Assembly (NCBI GenBank): GCA_001792345.1
Contig: MGGJ01000001.1
Coordinates: 292,688 to 356,687, forward strand
Length of the DNA: 64,000 nt
Reading direction: 5' to 3'
Source: Candidatus Woesebacteria bacterium RIFCSPHIGHO2_01_FULL_39_32
GTDB lineage: Bacteria > Patescibacteriota > Microgenomatia > UBA8517
Shown: positions 1 through 9,612 of the stretch, piece after piece
How the letters are laid out: each line of letters opens with the position of its first letter
Position numbering within the stretch: the first letter of the stretch is position 1
Program-made: the position numbers and the translations under genes
The notes under the pieces: generated by a model
Seen by the model: only the letters and a program-made list of their open reading frames with translations
The model's database searches: none
What the model was told of the DNA's origin: nothing

Positions 1-878
1 TTTTCTCTTTTCTCGGGAAATTTTTCAAAATACGTTTCAATGACCTGCTCAGTTGTAAACCAACCGGCTAATGTCTGGACTATTTCATATACCTCTTTGG
101 TTAGACTTTTCATTCTGCCTCTGGTGCTTGGTGTTGGAGAAGGCGGTTCAACCGGGTGGTCCCGGAAAAGACTATACATTTTATAGGGTTTGTCAAAACC
201 CTTGCTTTGAAAGCTGATTACGTTATCGCGTGCAAGCTCATTAATATGATTGCTTAACTGGCCATAAACACCGATATTTAATCTGTCATGAAGGTCCTTC
301 CACGTTATCGGTTGATCAGATGTAGCCAATTCCCAAAAAATTTGAAGCCTAAGGGTCGGTGTTCTGAATTTATAATCTACCGTCCCGATTGAACTTTTTG
401 CCTGTACGGGTTTTGCGTTCGATGAAGTCCCTCCGAATAATTCGCTTAAAGAAATTTCCGAATACCTCTCTGAAAAGGCTAATAATAATCCTGCAAGGGG
501 ATTGCCGATTCTTTCGCCATATCCCGTTTTGGTATATCCATATTCAGTGCCGTTCTCATTTAAAGTTTCCAAAGCTACTAGGCCGATTGGCGATAATGAA
601 TTTTTACAATACCCAAAGGCGTTATTAGTTGACATATTCCAGCCTATGTTATTTCCCTGTAATGCCTTCATTGATTGCTGTAAGTCATATGATGAATATA
701 AAAAACCGACATCCATGGCAATTAATGTAGCTGCTTTTGCTTCATTGTTACCGAAAGCAGATATTAAATTACCCACTTCCTCGGCAGTAAGCCTATCGGG
801 TTTGGCTGTTTTTTCCAGCGACAAAAATGTGGCGACATCAATTTCTTTCACAACACGTATTATATCGTTATTGTGCAA
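1..878 (-). CDS. hypothetical protein, 3' end runs off the left edge; probable non-ATG start (TTG at 878-876 or GTG at 851-849); central segment RLQIFWELATSDQPITWKDLHDRL resembles a winged-helix
   Basis: Manual reverse-strand translation gives an uninterrupted frame from about 878 to position 1 (…DVATFLSLEKTAKPDRL…GYGERIGNPLAGLL…RGRMKSLTKEVYEIVQTLAGWF…). It is absent from the ORF track because there is no ATG start and no stop inside the window. The plus-strand ORFs 389-628 and 502-915 are its antisense shadows. Confidence 0.5.
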   Translation of the reverse strand, partial: MHNNDIIRVVKEIDVATFLSLEKTAKPDRLTAEEVGNLISAFGNNEAKAATLIAMDVGFLYSSYDLQQSMKALQGNNIGWNMSTNNAFGYCKNSLSPIGLVALETLNENGTEYGYTKTGYGERIGNPLAGLLLAFSERYSEISLSELFGGTSSNAKPVQAKSSIGTVDYKFRTPTLRLQIFWELATSDQPITWKDLHDRLNIGVYGQLSNHINELARDNVISFQSKGFDKPYKMYSLFRDHPVEPPSPTPSTRGRMKSLTKEVYEIVQTLAGWFTTEQVIETYFEKFPEKRE

Positions 879-975
879 ACCAATTTATATCTTTCGTAAC
901 AGCTTGCAATTCTGAACTGAAAGCAAACTATCTGAAGCTGGAATTGCTATGATTTTTGTAAATAGTGGTAAGTTT

Positions 976-1422
976 TTAAATGGAAGGCTGTTCCGGAACT
1001 TCGATTTTTGAACCCACTGAAATTATTCCGCCGTTTAAAACTTTGACTCTAAGTCCTCCTCTACTTAAAAAAACTTTAACAAATGCCTGTTGCTCTACAA
1101 TCGGTCTTCCCGAAAGTTGGCCTAGCCTTAGGCAAGGTGTACATGGATCCATTCCTACAACTACAACCTCTCCTATTTTGAATACTTTATCTTTTAAAGA
1201 AGATAATTCTTGATTAGGAATATCTGCAACGATACTCCTGCGCAAATCACCCCATTCGTATGGCCCGAAACCTCCTTTTGTCAACTCTATATTGCCTTCT
1301 GCGATTGCCTGAGAAGAAATAATAACCAATCCTCGATCCTCATCAGGTATTCTTTTACACGAATAAAATCCGCTTTGAGGGTAGCGGTCGCCTTCAAACC
1401 CACCGTTAATTTGCCATAACAT
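976..1422 (-). CDS. MOSC domain-containing protein (short, beta-barrel only)
   Basis: GMDPCTPCLRLG conserved-cysteine segment and GDR...G pattern typical of the MOSC/YiiM family; an in-frame stop lies immediately upstream of the ATG. Confidence 0.65.
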   Translation of the reverse strand: MLWQINGGFEGDRYPQSGFYSCKRIPDEDRGLVIISSQAIAEGNIELTKGGFGPYEWGDLRRSIVADIPNQELSSLKDKVFKIGEVVVVGMDPCTPCLRLGQLSGRPIVEQQAFVKVFLSRGGLRVKVLNGGIISVGSKIEVPEQPSI

Positions 1423-1683
1423 TCTCTTGGCTCACCATTGGTTCACCAGCCGTTGGGCTCGTAAAAATAGCAAGAATTTGCATAGTTGGTGAATACTCTT
1501 CCGGTGTTACACCTTTTTCAGATGAAATATATCTGTCTTTTGACATTCTGGTATTTTACTGTATTAAGGATTTAAGTACAAAAAATTAATACGTAGGACC
1601 CCATTCAGATTCAAAAAGCATTCAAACTTCTTGGGGTGAAGTGAATTTTCTGAAGATGAATTTTCAAGAAAACAAGAATTGCA

Positions 1684-2277
1684 CTAGTCTTCGAAGTTTG
1701 GAGGGAAGCCGAATTCATTCATGATATATTTGTCTACTGATAGGAAACCAAATCCCGTAATTTGATTTTTTGCTATCTCATCTTTTAAATCTTCCCGCAT
1801 CAGAGGAATATAAACTTTGTCCAAAAGTACTAGGGGTTTTTGGTCAAACTTCGAGTAATCAAGAATTAACTTTTTAATTCTTGGTCTATTGTCTTTATCA
1901 AAGCTTGAGGCTTTCTCGTCAATTCCATCCTGAACACCCTCTAAAAGATGGAAAGCAAAATACTCCAAACCCAGCAATTCTTTTTTGCTTTTATCTACCA
2001 TTTTTACAGGAAATTTTTCAAATTTAGTATCGTATTTTTCCATGAGGTCTATTAGTCTTTTGGAATAGAGTGTAAAACCGTGGGAACCTACGTAATTATC
2101 CGGGGGAGTAAACCTGGGATTTATTTGGTATGTTAGTTCGAAATTTACTCCAAAAGGTTCGTCTTGCATTGGACTTTTAATTACCGGCATTTTGCTTAAA
2201 AGTTTTGCCTGTCTTATGCCTCCTCCAGATGTGTAAATATTTGTTTGGTAAACAAAATATTTAGGTCTGCCTTTCAT
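1684..2277 (-). CDS. hypothetical protein
   Basis: 197-aa ORF with protein-like composition and no recognisable motif. Confidence 0.5.
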   Translation of the reverse strand: MKGRPKYFVYQTNIYTSGGGIRQAKLLSKMPVIKSPMQDEPFGVNFELTYQINPRFTPPDNYVGSHGFTLYSKRLIDLMEKYDTKFEKFPVKMVDKSKKELLGLEYFAFHLLEGVQDGIDEKASSFDKDNRPRIKKLILDYSKFDQKPLVLLDKVYIPLMREDLKDEIAKNQITGFGFLSVDKYIMNEFGFPPNFED

Positions 2278-2350
2278 ACGATTATTTTACTCTATTTAGC
2301 TTCAATAAGCATTCGAGTTCAGTTAGAAACATAGGTTTTATGAGAATAAA

Positions 2351-2905
2351 TCAAATCTTAATCATTTCAAATGCGATGCCGGATGTTTTGGCCGTTAGCT
2401 CGTCGTTGGTGGAGTTGCCGACCATTATAAAATCTTTTAAGTTTTCTCCATTCAATATTTTCTGGATTCCCTCAATATCAGGTTTTATAAGAAGTACGTC
2501 ATCCCGTGCAATTATTTGTTCAAACTTATCATAAATGCCATATTTTTTTAAAAGTCCATCCACAAGTTTGTGATTATTACTGGTCAACACAAAATTTCTG
2601 ACGTCTTTTCTTGTTTTAATATAGTCAATAAGTTTTGTATTCGGCAAAACATTTTCGATATTTTCAATTTCATAAGTTTCATTCATCGAGCAGATTTTAT
2701 CCCTTAAAGATTTACCGTACTTTTTTACGTAATCGTTTTGAATATTATTCACCAAGCCTTCTTTCTCAAATGTAGGTTCATGTTCCTTAATAAAAGCTTT
2801 AACCCTGTCATGCCATCCTTTCCAATCCAGATCAAACTTAAAGAGTGTGCCGTCAAAGTCATAAATTATGTTTTTGTAGCTATTCAAAAGTTTAAAATTA
2901 TTCAT
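2351..2905 (-). CDS. HAD-superfamily hydrolase
   Basis: N-terminal YDFDGTL (DxDGT motif I) and a downstream GNSTND-like motif. Confidence 0.75.
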   Translation of the reverse strand: MNNFKLLNSYKNIIYDFDGTLFKFDLDWKGWHDRVKAFIKEHEPTFEKEGLVNNIQNDYVKKYGKSLRDKICSMNETYEIENIENVLPNTKLIDYIKTRKDVRNFVLTSNNHKLVDGLLKKYGIYDKFEQIIARDDVLLIKPDIEGIQKILNGENLKDFIMVGNSTNDELTAKTSGIAFEMIKI

Positions 2906-2940
2906 TATGTTTGTATTCTACTATTCTGAAACTAATTATT

Positions 2941-3273
2941 CTATTTTAAAGTGAGTTGTGAGTAGTGAGAAGTTGGTTTTAAGTAGGAAAAAGTAAAAAA
3001 TAATGAAGATTTATTAACTATCTGGAACTTAATACTAAATTCTTGTCTTTTTTTGTATGCCTCGATAAGTTCTCTTGCTCCCACTTCACCTATAACATCT
3101 GTTAGCAGATGTTGAACAACATCGTAATCGGGATACCTCTGATCTAACATATTCCTTGCATCGTTGATGGGCGGCATTACTGCATTAAGGTCATCTGAAG
3201 CCTCTCCGGGAAGCAATTTTACTCGAATATTGGGCTTCTTATCAGATTCACCAAAATATATTTCCGGAGCCAT
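2941..3273 (-). CDS. hypothetical protein
   Basis: 110-aa ORF with no recognisable domain. Confidence 0.35.
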   Translation of the reverse strand: MAPEIYFGESDKKPNIRVKLLPGEASDDLNAVMPPINDARNMLDQRYPDYDVVQHLLTDVIGEVGARELIEAYKKRQEFSIKFQIVNKSSLFFTFSYLKPTSHYSQLTLK

Positions 3274-3394
3274 TGGCGTATTTTACTCCCTTTATCTCCA
3301 AAAAGCATTTAGGATTGGTTGTCCTTCGACTTCGCTCAGGATAAATAAATGGTGGGTTGTAAGTTGCAGGGTGTGGGAAATTGAAAGGAAGTAG

Positions 3395-3532
3395 TTATTT
3401 TTTACTTTTTCTGACTTTGAAAAATTTCATTAGAAGTGCCGCTAATGATCCAATAACAACGACGGCCTCTAAAATTTTCATTAAACCGGAGGTTTGTCTT
3501 TTGGCTTTTTTCTTTTTCACCTTCCTGCTCAT
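3395..3532 (-). CDS. possible 45-aa basic small membrane protein (MSRKVKKKKAKRQTSGLMKILEAVVVIGSLAALLMKFFKVRKSKK)
   Basis: Manual translation; lysine-rich ends around a hydrophobic core; below the ORF-track size cut-off. Confidence 0.25.
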   Translation of the reverse strand: MSRKVKKKKAKRQTSGLMKILEAVVVIGSLAALLMKFFKVRKSKK

Positions 3533-3632
3533 GTCTATATATAGAATAGACATTTAGGATATTATTCGTCAAGATCGTAAAAACAATCCACTTACGTTTG
3601 ATATCAGATATAAGAAGTAGGAAGTAAGTATT

Positions 3633-3971
3633 TTGAAAGTTCTGTATAATAAGATTATGAAAGTAAATATTAGGCTTATCTATCTTTACTTATTTTCTGC
3701 AGTAGGATTGATTGTAAGCGTTATCGGGAGTGTTCGTTTGGTTGATTTGGGTCTGAAGGTAATAGTTTTCCAGGGAGCAGATAGATACGAGTATTACGCA
3801 CCAAAGCTCGACGGAGAAACCGTAGATCAAGAAGAACAAAGGTTGGTTCAAGAAAGAGAGACCACGAGGCAAAGACAAAGAGAGCTTTCAGGATCAATGG
3901 CGATGATTGTAGTTGGACTTCCACTTTATCTTTATCATTGGAAAACTATACAAAAAGAGAATAAGAGTTAA
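3633..3971 (+). CDS. hypothetical membrane protein
   Basis: ORF with two hydrophobic segments; start may be the internal Met at 3660. Confidence 0.45.
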   Translation: MKVLYNKIMKVNIRLIYLYLFSAVGLIVSVIGSVRLVDLGLKVIVFQGADRYEYYAPKLDGETVDQEEQRLVQERETTRQRQRELSGSMAMIVVGLPLYLYHWKTIQKENKS

Positions 3972-3985
3972 ACTTTACCGAAAGA

Positions 3986-5821
3986 TTAAGCAGATAAAAA
4001 TTGATCGTTTGGTTTTCTTGAAACCCTTCTTCTTTCCAATTCAGTTAAGTGCTTTTTCCTTAAACGAAGAAACTTGGGTGTAATTTCCAAAAGTTCATCT
4101 TTTTCCAAAAAATCCAAAGATTGCTCGAGTGATAGCGTTGTCGCCGGAGTTAATTGAATTACCCCGTCGGATGATTTCGATCTCATATTGGTAAGCTTTT
4201 TTCCTTTACAGACATTTACCGCCATATCTTCATCTTTGGCATTAATTCCCACAATCATACCTTCGTAAACCTTTGTTCCCGGATCAATAAATGTTATTCC
4301 TCTACCTTGCGCGTTTTCCAAGCCATAGGAAAGTGCAACACCACTTTGGCTTGCAATTAATGCACCCTTTCTCATTTTGGGAAGAGTTTTTCCGATCTTT
4401 TCACTCCCGACAATTACCGAATTATAAACAATTGTTCCCTTTGTTTGCGTAAGAAGGAAACTCCTGAGTCCTATAAGAACCCTTGTCGGTGCATGATAAA
4501 TAAACTCAGTTGCTGCATCATTTATCGGCTCCATCTTTATTAATTTTGCCAATCTTTTACCGAACTCTTCGGTTATGATCCCAATGAATTCTCCGGGTAC
4601 AATTACAGAAACTTCTTCAATCGGTTCCGTAACAACTCCTTCGGTTTCGCGCAGTATTACTTCCGGTTTACTCACTTCCAGCTCATATCCTTCGCGTCGG
4701 AGTGTTTCTAGAAGAATTGATAAATGCAGCTCCCCCCTTCCAGCAACAGTTAATTTTCCGTTTCCTATTTTTTCGACCCTAAGACTGAGATTACTTTCCA
4801 GTTCTTTTACAAGTCTTTCTTCAATTTGCCTACTGGTGGTAAATGTTCCTTCCCGGCCTGAAAAAGGGGAGGTGTTGGCTCCAACCTCGATATGAAGAGT
4901 AGGTTCACTTATGACAACTTGGGGAAGGGGACTAGGATCGACCGGGTCCGATACGGTGCTGCCTATTTTTATATCGTTAATACCTGAAAAAGCGACAATT
5001 TCACCGACTGAAGCATCTTCCGTTTCCACTCTTTTCAGTCCTTCAAAAATCGTAATCTTTTCAATAGTTCTTATTCTGGTAGGTTCATCTGTTAGAATAA
5101 CTTTCATTCCTTTTTTAGCACTCCCGCTATATATTTTTCCGATAGCAATTCTACCCAAATGGGAGTCATAATCCAGTGAGCTTATACTTATCTTAAAGCT
5201 TCCGGCATTATATTTCGGTGCAGGTACACTAGAAAGAATTGCCTCGAGAAGGGGTATAATACTGCCATCTGACTCCGGATTTTCAGGAAGCGCTTCAAAG
5301 ACAACTCCGCGTCTTCCGATTGCATACAAAACGGCAAAATCCAGTTGTGCTTGATGGCTAGCCAATTCCAAAAACAGAGACTCAACCTTATTTAGAGTAA
5401 CTTCAGGCCGAGCCAATTTTTTGTCAATCTTATTGATAACTACAATTATTTTTAAACCCAGATCAAGTGCTTTTTTGAGAACGAATCTTGTCTGCGGCAT
5501 AGGTCCGTCAGCGGCATCTACTATTAATAGCGCTCCGTCTGCCATGCCCAGAGTTCTTTCGACTTCGCCCGAAAAATCCGCGTGACCCGGGGTATCAATA
5601 ATATTTATTTTGGTATTTTTGTACCTAATTGAGCAGTTTTTGGCCAAAATTGTTATCCCACGCTCACGCTCGAGCTCATTAGAATCCATTATTTGTGTTT
5701 GAGCCATTTCCTTCTGGTTATCCCGAAATACATGAGTTTGCTTCAATAGGGCATCAACCAAGGTTGTTTTGCCATGGTCAACGTGGGCAATTACGGCAAT
5801 GTTTCGTATATCGGTATTCAT
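3986..5821 (-). CDS. typA: translational GTPase TypA/BipA
   Basis: NIAVIAHVDHGKTTLVDALL G1 motif, DTPGHADF, NKIDK; 611 aa, matching the TypA length and domain order. Confidence 0.95.
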   Translation of the reverse strand: MNTDIRNIAVIAHVDHGKTTLVDALLKQTHVFRDNQKEMAQTQIMDSNELERERGITILAKNCSIRYKNTKINIIDTPGHADFSGEVERTLGMADGALLIVDAADGPMPQTRFVLKKALDLGLKIIVVINKIDKKLARPEVTLNKVESLFLELASHQAQLDFAVLYAIGRRGVVFEALPENPESDGSIIPLLEAILSSVPAPKYNAGSFKISISSLDYDSHLGRIAIGKIYSGSAKKGMKVILTDEPTRIRTIEKITIFEGLKRVETEDASVGEIVAFSGINDIKIGSTVSDPVDPSPLPQVVISEPTLHIEVGANTSPFSGREGTFTTSRQIEERLVKELESNLSLRVEKIGNGKLTVAGRGELHLSILLETLRREGYELEVSKPEVILRETEGVVTEPIEEVSVIVPGEFIGIITEEFGKRLAKLIKMEPINDAATEFIYHAPTRVLIGLRSFLLTQTKGTIVYNSVIVGSEKIGKTLPKMRKGALIASQSGVALSYGLENAQGRGITFIDPGTKVYEGMIVGINAKDEDMAVNVCKGKKLTNMRSKSSDGVIQLTPATTLSLEQSLDFLEKDELLEITPKFLRLRKKHLTELERRRVSRKPNDQFLSA

Positions 5822-5897
5822 AATTCTCCAACAAAAAACCCGACCTCTTATAACTTAATCGGGTAATGACTATTATATCAGATCTGAAGACAGATTT

Positions 5898-6437
5898 TTA
5901 GTAAGCTTCAGCACAGGGGAAAATCATCAGGCAGACAATATCTTTATTGGAGGAACATCGACAAGGATTATGGGGAGGCGTAATTGGTGGATCTGGAGGA
6001 ACTATAACGGGCGGTTCTATTGGTATGACTTCAGGCGGACCTAAAAATTCAGGTTGATCTTTAATTGGTGTTGGCTCTGGGGGTGGAACAATTTCACCTT
6101 CGGCTGCCCCTGGTTCGCAAAGATTACCGCTACAGGGTACTAAAACAGGAGAGTGGTCTACTCCTTGATTTGAGACATTAATAATTACACTTTCGCTTTC
6201 GGTATTGTATGCCTTAACTTTATAGGTATCTTCATTCTCGTTATTTTCATGTTGGGATTCACTGTCCGGTTCTTCATCTTGCTCTAATTCTTCTTGATAA
6301 AAAGCCGTCGGTGTAACTGAAATTATTGGAAAATTTTCTTCAAGCTTTTCAAAAACTATAGTTTTGTCAGGATCATTTGCTACAGAGGGATTAAGAGAAA
6401 GTATAAGTATAAGAAGAGATGCTAGAAATTCGAGCAT
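5898..6437 (-). CDS. secreted acidic / proline-rich protein with C-terminal cysteines
   Basis: N-terminal signal-peptide-like segment, Glu/Asp-rich middle, PPxP repeats. Confidence 0.55.
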   Translation of the reverse strand: MLEFLASLLILILSLNPSVANDPDKTIVFEKLEENFPIISVTPTAFYQEELEQDEEPDSESQHENNENEDTYKVKAYNTESESVIINVSNQGVDHSPVLVPCSGNLCEPGAAEGEIVPPPEPTPIKDQPEFLGPPEVIPIEPPVIVPPDPPITPPHNPCRCSSNKDIVCLMIFPCAEAY

Positions 6438-6768
6438 AGTTTAATACTATAGAAATATTTATATGTAGATAATAAAGATACTTCGTAAGATTGTCAAGCA
6501 TTCTAGTATTTCTAATTTGGTGATTCGTGATATAATTAACTTATCATCAAAAACAATCTTCCGTTAGAAAAGCTTATCGATCTATTCCTACAGAAAGGTG
6601 GAAAGATTAATAAATTCTATCTTGCACAGACACACAGAAGGGGACCCTCTTTAGTATATTTCAAAGGTTGGCATAGCGGTTCTAATGTAAGAGACGCAAT
6701 TCTGAAAGCCCTTCAATAATTCTTTGTTTCTTCAAAAATACATTTCACTGTTGTACAATTAGCTTCAT

Positions 6769-9612
6769 ATGAGTGGCAAAAAACCCTATTTTGATCCCGT
6801 TTCACCGAAAGTAAACTTTCCACTTCTTGAGGAAAAGATAATAAATTTTTGGAAAAAGGAGAAGATTTTTGAAAAATCGGTCGAAGGACGGCCAAAAAAT
6901 AAAAGATGGACTTTTTTGGACGGCCCTCCTTTTATTACCGGCTTACCTCACTATGGAACTCTCCTATCGAGTATTCCTAAAGATATCTTTCCACGATATT
7001 GGACAATGAAGGGTTATAGAGTTCGAAGAGTATGGGGTTGGGATTGCCACGGACTTCCGGCTGAGAATAAAGTTGAAAATAAACTTGGCATTAAAAGTAA
7101 AAAAGAAATCGAGGAAAAAATTGGGATTAAAAAGTTTATAGAAGAATGTAAGCTTTATGTCTCCGAAACTTCATCTGAATGGGAATGGTATATCGATCAT
7201 ATAGGTCGTTGGGTTGATTTTAAAAACGCATATAAAACTATGGATGTGCCCTATATGGAGTCGGTTATGTGGGTTTTTCGTTCGATGTACGATAAAGGTT
7301 ATATTTATAAAGGGCTTCGAGTTTCTCTTTATTGTCCACACTGCGAAACTCCGATTTCGAACTTCGAGGTAGCGATGGATACGGAAAACTATAAAGATTT
7401 AACCGAGCCCGCAACTACTTATAAATACCCACTAGAAGGTGAGGAAAATACTTATCTTTTGGCTTGGTCAACGACTCCCTGGAATAAGATTGCAACACCC
7501 TCATTGGCCGTGAATCCCAACTTGAAGTATGTAAAAGTTCGGCAGGGTAAGGAAAAATACATTTTGGCCAAAGAAACCTTAAAAATTCTTAAGGAGGAGC
7601 CTAAGTACAAAATTCTCGAAGAGTTTAAAGGATCTGAGTTAGTCGGAAGAAAATTCATACCCCACTACGACTATTACAGAGATAAAGTTGATCCGAGTAA
7701 AAAGGTATTTGTTGTTGCCCCTGCAGATTATGTCAGTAGCGATGAGGGAACGGGAATTGTTACTTTGGCCGTCTACGGCGAAGAAGATTTAGACATAATG
7801 GTAAAAGAGAATATTCATATGGAAATGCATGTTAATGATAATGGTTTTATCAAAAAAGATATTCCAAAGTTTGGCGGAATGTATTATATGGACGCTAATG
7901 AGACAGTTGATTCGGATTTGCAGCAGAGGGGTTTAATTTATAAGAAAGAACCTGTAACACACACAATCCCTCACTGTTGGAGATGCGGCACGAGACTTTT
8001 TCATAATCCCCAAAATGCATGGTACATTGATATTCAGGTTTTAAAGCCTGCAATGAAGAAAAATAACAAGAAAATTAATTGGGTTCCAAAACACTTTAAA
8101 TACGGTAGATTTCTAAAAAGCATGGAGGTGGCTCCCGACTGGTGTATTTCAAGGAGTCGATATTGGGGGAGTCCTGTTCCTGTTTGGGAGTGTGAATGCG
8201 GCGAAAGATATATACCTGGTTCAATTGCTGAACTTGAAACTTTTTCAGGAAGAAAAATAACTGATCTTCACAAACCCGAGATAGACGAAGTTACTATTAC
8301 TTGTAAAAATTGCGGCCGTCAGGCGAAACGGGTACCGGAAGTTTTGGATAGCTGGATAGAAGCGGGATCAGCGCCCTTTGCCGAAAGACACTTTCCGTTT
8401 AAGAAGGAGTTGGATCTATCCGAATTTTTCCCGCCGGATTTTGTAGTCGAATATACAGGCCAGATAAGAGCCTGGTTTTATGTTCTGCATGTAATTTCAA
8501 CAGCACTTTATGATAGTCATGCCTTCGAAAATGTTCTTGTAACGGGTGTAATTTTAGGAACAGACGGCAGAAAGATGAGCAAAAACTTCGGAAACTACCC
8601 GGATCCTAAAGAAATGCTTAAAACTTACGGAGGCGATGCCTTAAGACTTTACTTAATGAAGGCTCCTGTAATGAAGGGTGAAGACATAAGGATATCCGAG
8701 CAAGATTACCGCGAGCAGTTAAAAAGCTTTTTACTGCTTTTTTGGAATGTTTATAACTTCTTCGTCACTTATGCGAATCTTGATGGATGGAATCCAGGAC
8801 AAAGGACAAAGGACAAAGGACAAAGTAATAATATTTTGGACAAATGGATAACTTCGCTTTCTTTAAAGTTAAACGAAGACGTTACTAATTCACTAGAAAG
8901 ATTCGATACGATAACAGGGATTCAACTGCTACAAGAATTTTTAAATGATCTTTCCCGTTGGTACATAAGAAGAAGCCGTGATCGAGTGGGGGTTACAGAA
9001 AAAAATTCAGATGATAAAAATTCTTTCTACAAAGTTACATACGAAATTCTTGTAAACTTTTGTAAACTGATTTCAGTTTTTGCTCCTTTTACTAGTGAAG
9101 AAGTTTATAGGAATTTGACAAAAGAAACCTCGATTCATTTGTCCTTTTGGCCTAAGGATAACGAAAAAGTTGATTTAGAACTTCTAAAAAAGATGCAAGC
9201 GATAAGAGATCTCGTAGAAAGGGTGCATTCGCAAAGAAAATTAAAAGGAATTCCAGTGAGGCAGCCCCTCACTTGCTTTAAAACAAATTACCCTAACCCA
9301 GGATCGGATTTGGAAGAGCTGGTAAAAGATGAAGTCAATGTAAAGAATGTGTTGTGGGGAAAACTAAAAGGAAAAGACTTAAAAGTTGAGTTAGATATTA
9401 AGATTACACCTTCACTTTTGGAAGAAGCGAAAACCAGAGAGTTAATCCGAATAATTCAAGAAAAAAGGAAAGAAATGAGAATCGGACTTACTCAAAATAT
9501 TCTTGTTAAAAATCCGTGGATCCCATCGAGCCAAGATCTTATTCAAAAGTTGAAAAAAGTGACATATACAAGCCGTATTTATAAAGGTGATTTTGATGTA
9601 CGTAAGACTTAG
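6769..9612 (+). CDS. ileS: isoleucine--tRNA ligase (eukaryote/archaea-like type 2)
   Basis: PPFITGLPHYGT (HIGH-region variant), WDCHGLP, KMSKNFGNYPDP (KMSKS); 947 aa. Confidence 0.93.
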   Translation: MSGKKPYFDPVSPKVNFPLLEEKIINFWKKEKIFEKSVEGRPKNKRWTFLDGPPFITGLPHYGTLLSSIPKDIFPRYWTMKGYRVRRVWGWDCHGLPAENKVENKLGIKSKKEIEEKIGIKKFIEECKLYVSETSSEWEWYIDHIGRWVDFKNAYKTMDVPYMESVMWVFRSMYDKGYIYKGLRVSLYCPHCETPISNFEVAMDTENYKDLTEPATTYKYPLEGEENTYLLAWSTTPWNKIATPSLAVNPNLKYVKVRQGKEKYILAKETLKILKEEPKYKILEEFKGSELVGRKFIPHYDYYRDKVDPSKKVFVVAPADYVSSDEGTGIVTLAVYGEEDLDIMVKENIHMEMHVNDNGFIKKDIPKFGGMYYMDANETVDSDLQQRGLIYKKEPVTHTIPHCWRCGTRLFHNPQNAWYIDIQVLKPAMKKNNKKINWVPKHFKYGRFLKSMEVAPDWCISRSRYWGSPVPVWECECGERYIPGSIAELETFSGRKITDLHKPEIDEVTITCKNCGRQAKRVPEVLDSWIEAGSAPFAERHFPFKKELDLSEFFPPDFVVEYTGQIRAWFYVLHVISTALYDSHAFENVLVTGVILGTDGRKMSKNFGNYPDPKEMLKTYGGDALRLYLMKAPVMKGEDIRISEQDYREQLKSFLLLFWNVYNFFVTYANLDGWNPGQRTKDKGQSNNILDKWITSLSLKLNEDVTNSLERFDTITGIQLLQEFLNDLSRWYIRRSRDRVGVTEKNSDDKNSFYKVTYEILVNFCKLISVFAPFTSEEVYRNLTKETSIHLSFWPKDNEKVDLELLKKMQAIRDLVERVHSQRKLKGIPVRQPLTCFKTNYPNPGSDLEELVKDEVNVKNVLWGKLKGKDLKVELDIKITPSLLEEAKTRELIRIIQEKRKEMRIGLTQNILVKNPWIPSSQDLIQKLKKVTYTSRIYKGDFDVRKT
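8804..8831 (+). repeat. perfect tandem heptanucleotide repeat (GGACAAA)x4 inside the ileS coding sequence
   Basis: ccaGGACAAAGGACAAAGGACAAAGGACAAAgtaat read directly from the sequence; encodes ...GQRTKDKGQ... Confidence 0.9.

Noticed and set aside
389-915. Plus-strand ORFs 389-628 and 502-915
   Set aside because: Low-complexity, non-protein-like translations; they lie antisense to a continuous minus-strand reading frame (1-878) that looks like a real protein.
4575-5385. ORFs 4575-4895, 4911-5171 (+) and 5188-5385 (-) inside typA
   Set aside because: Embedded in or antisense to the high-confidence typA gene; Ser/Pro/Thr-rich shadow translations.
6438-6768. Possible T-box leader upstream of ileS
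   Set aside because: Looked for the T-box consensus (AATTAGGGTGGNACCGCG) and specifier/antiterminator architecture in the 330-bp leader; not found.
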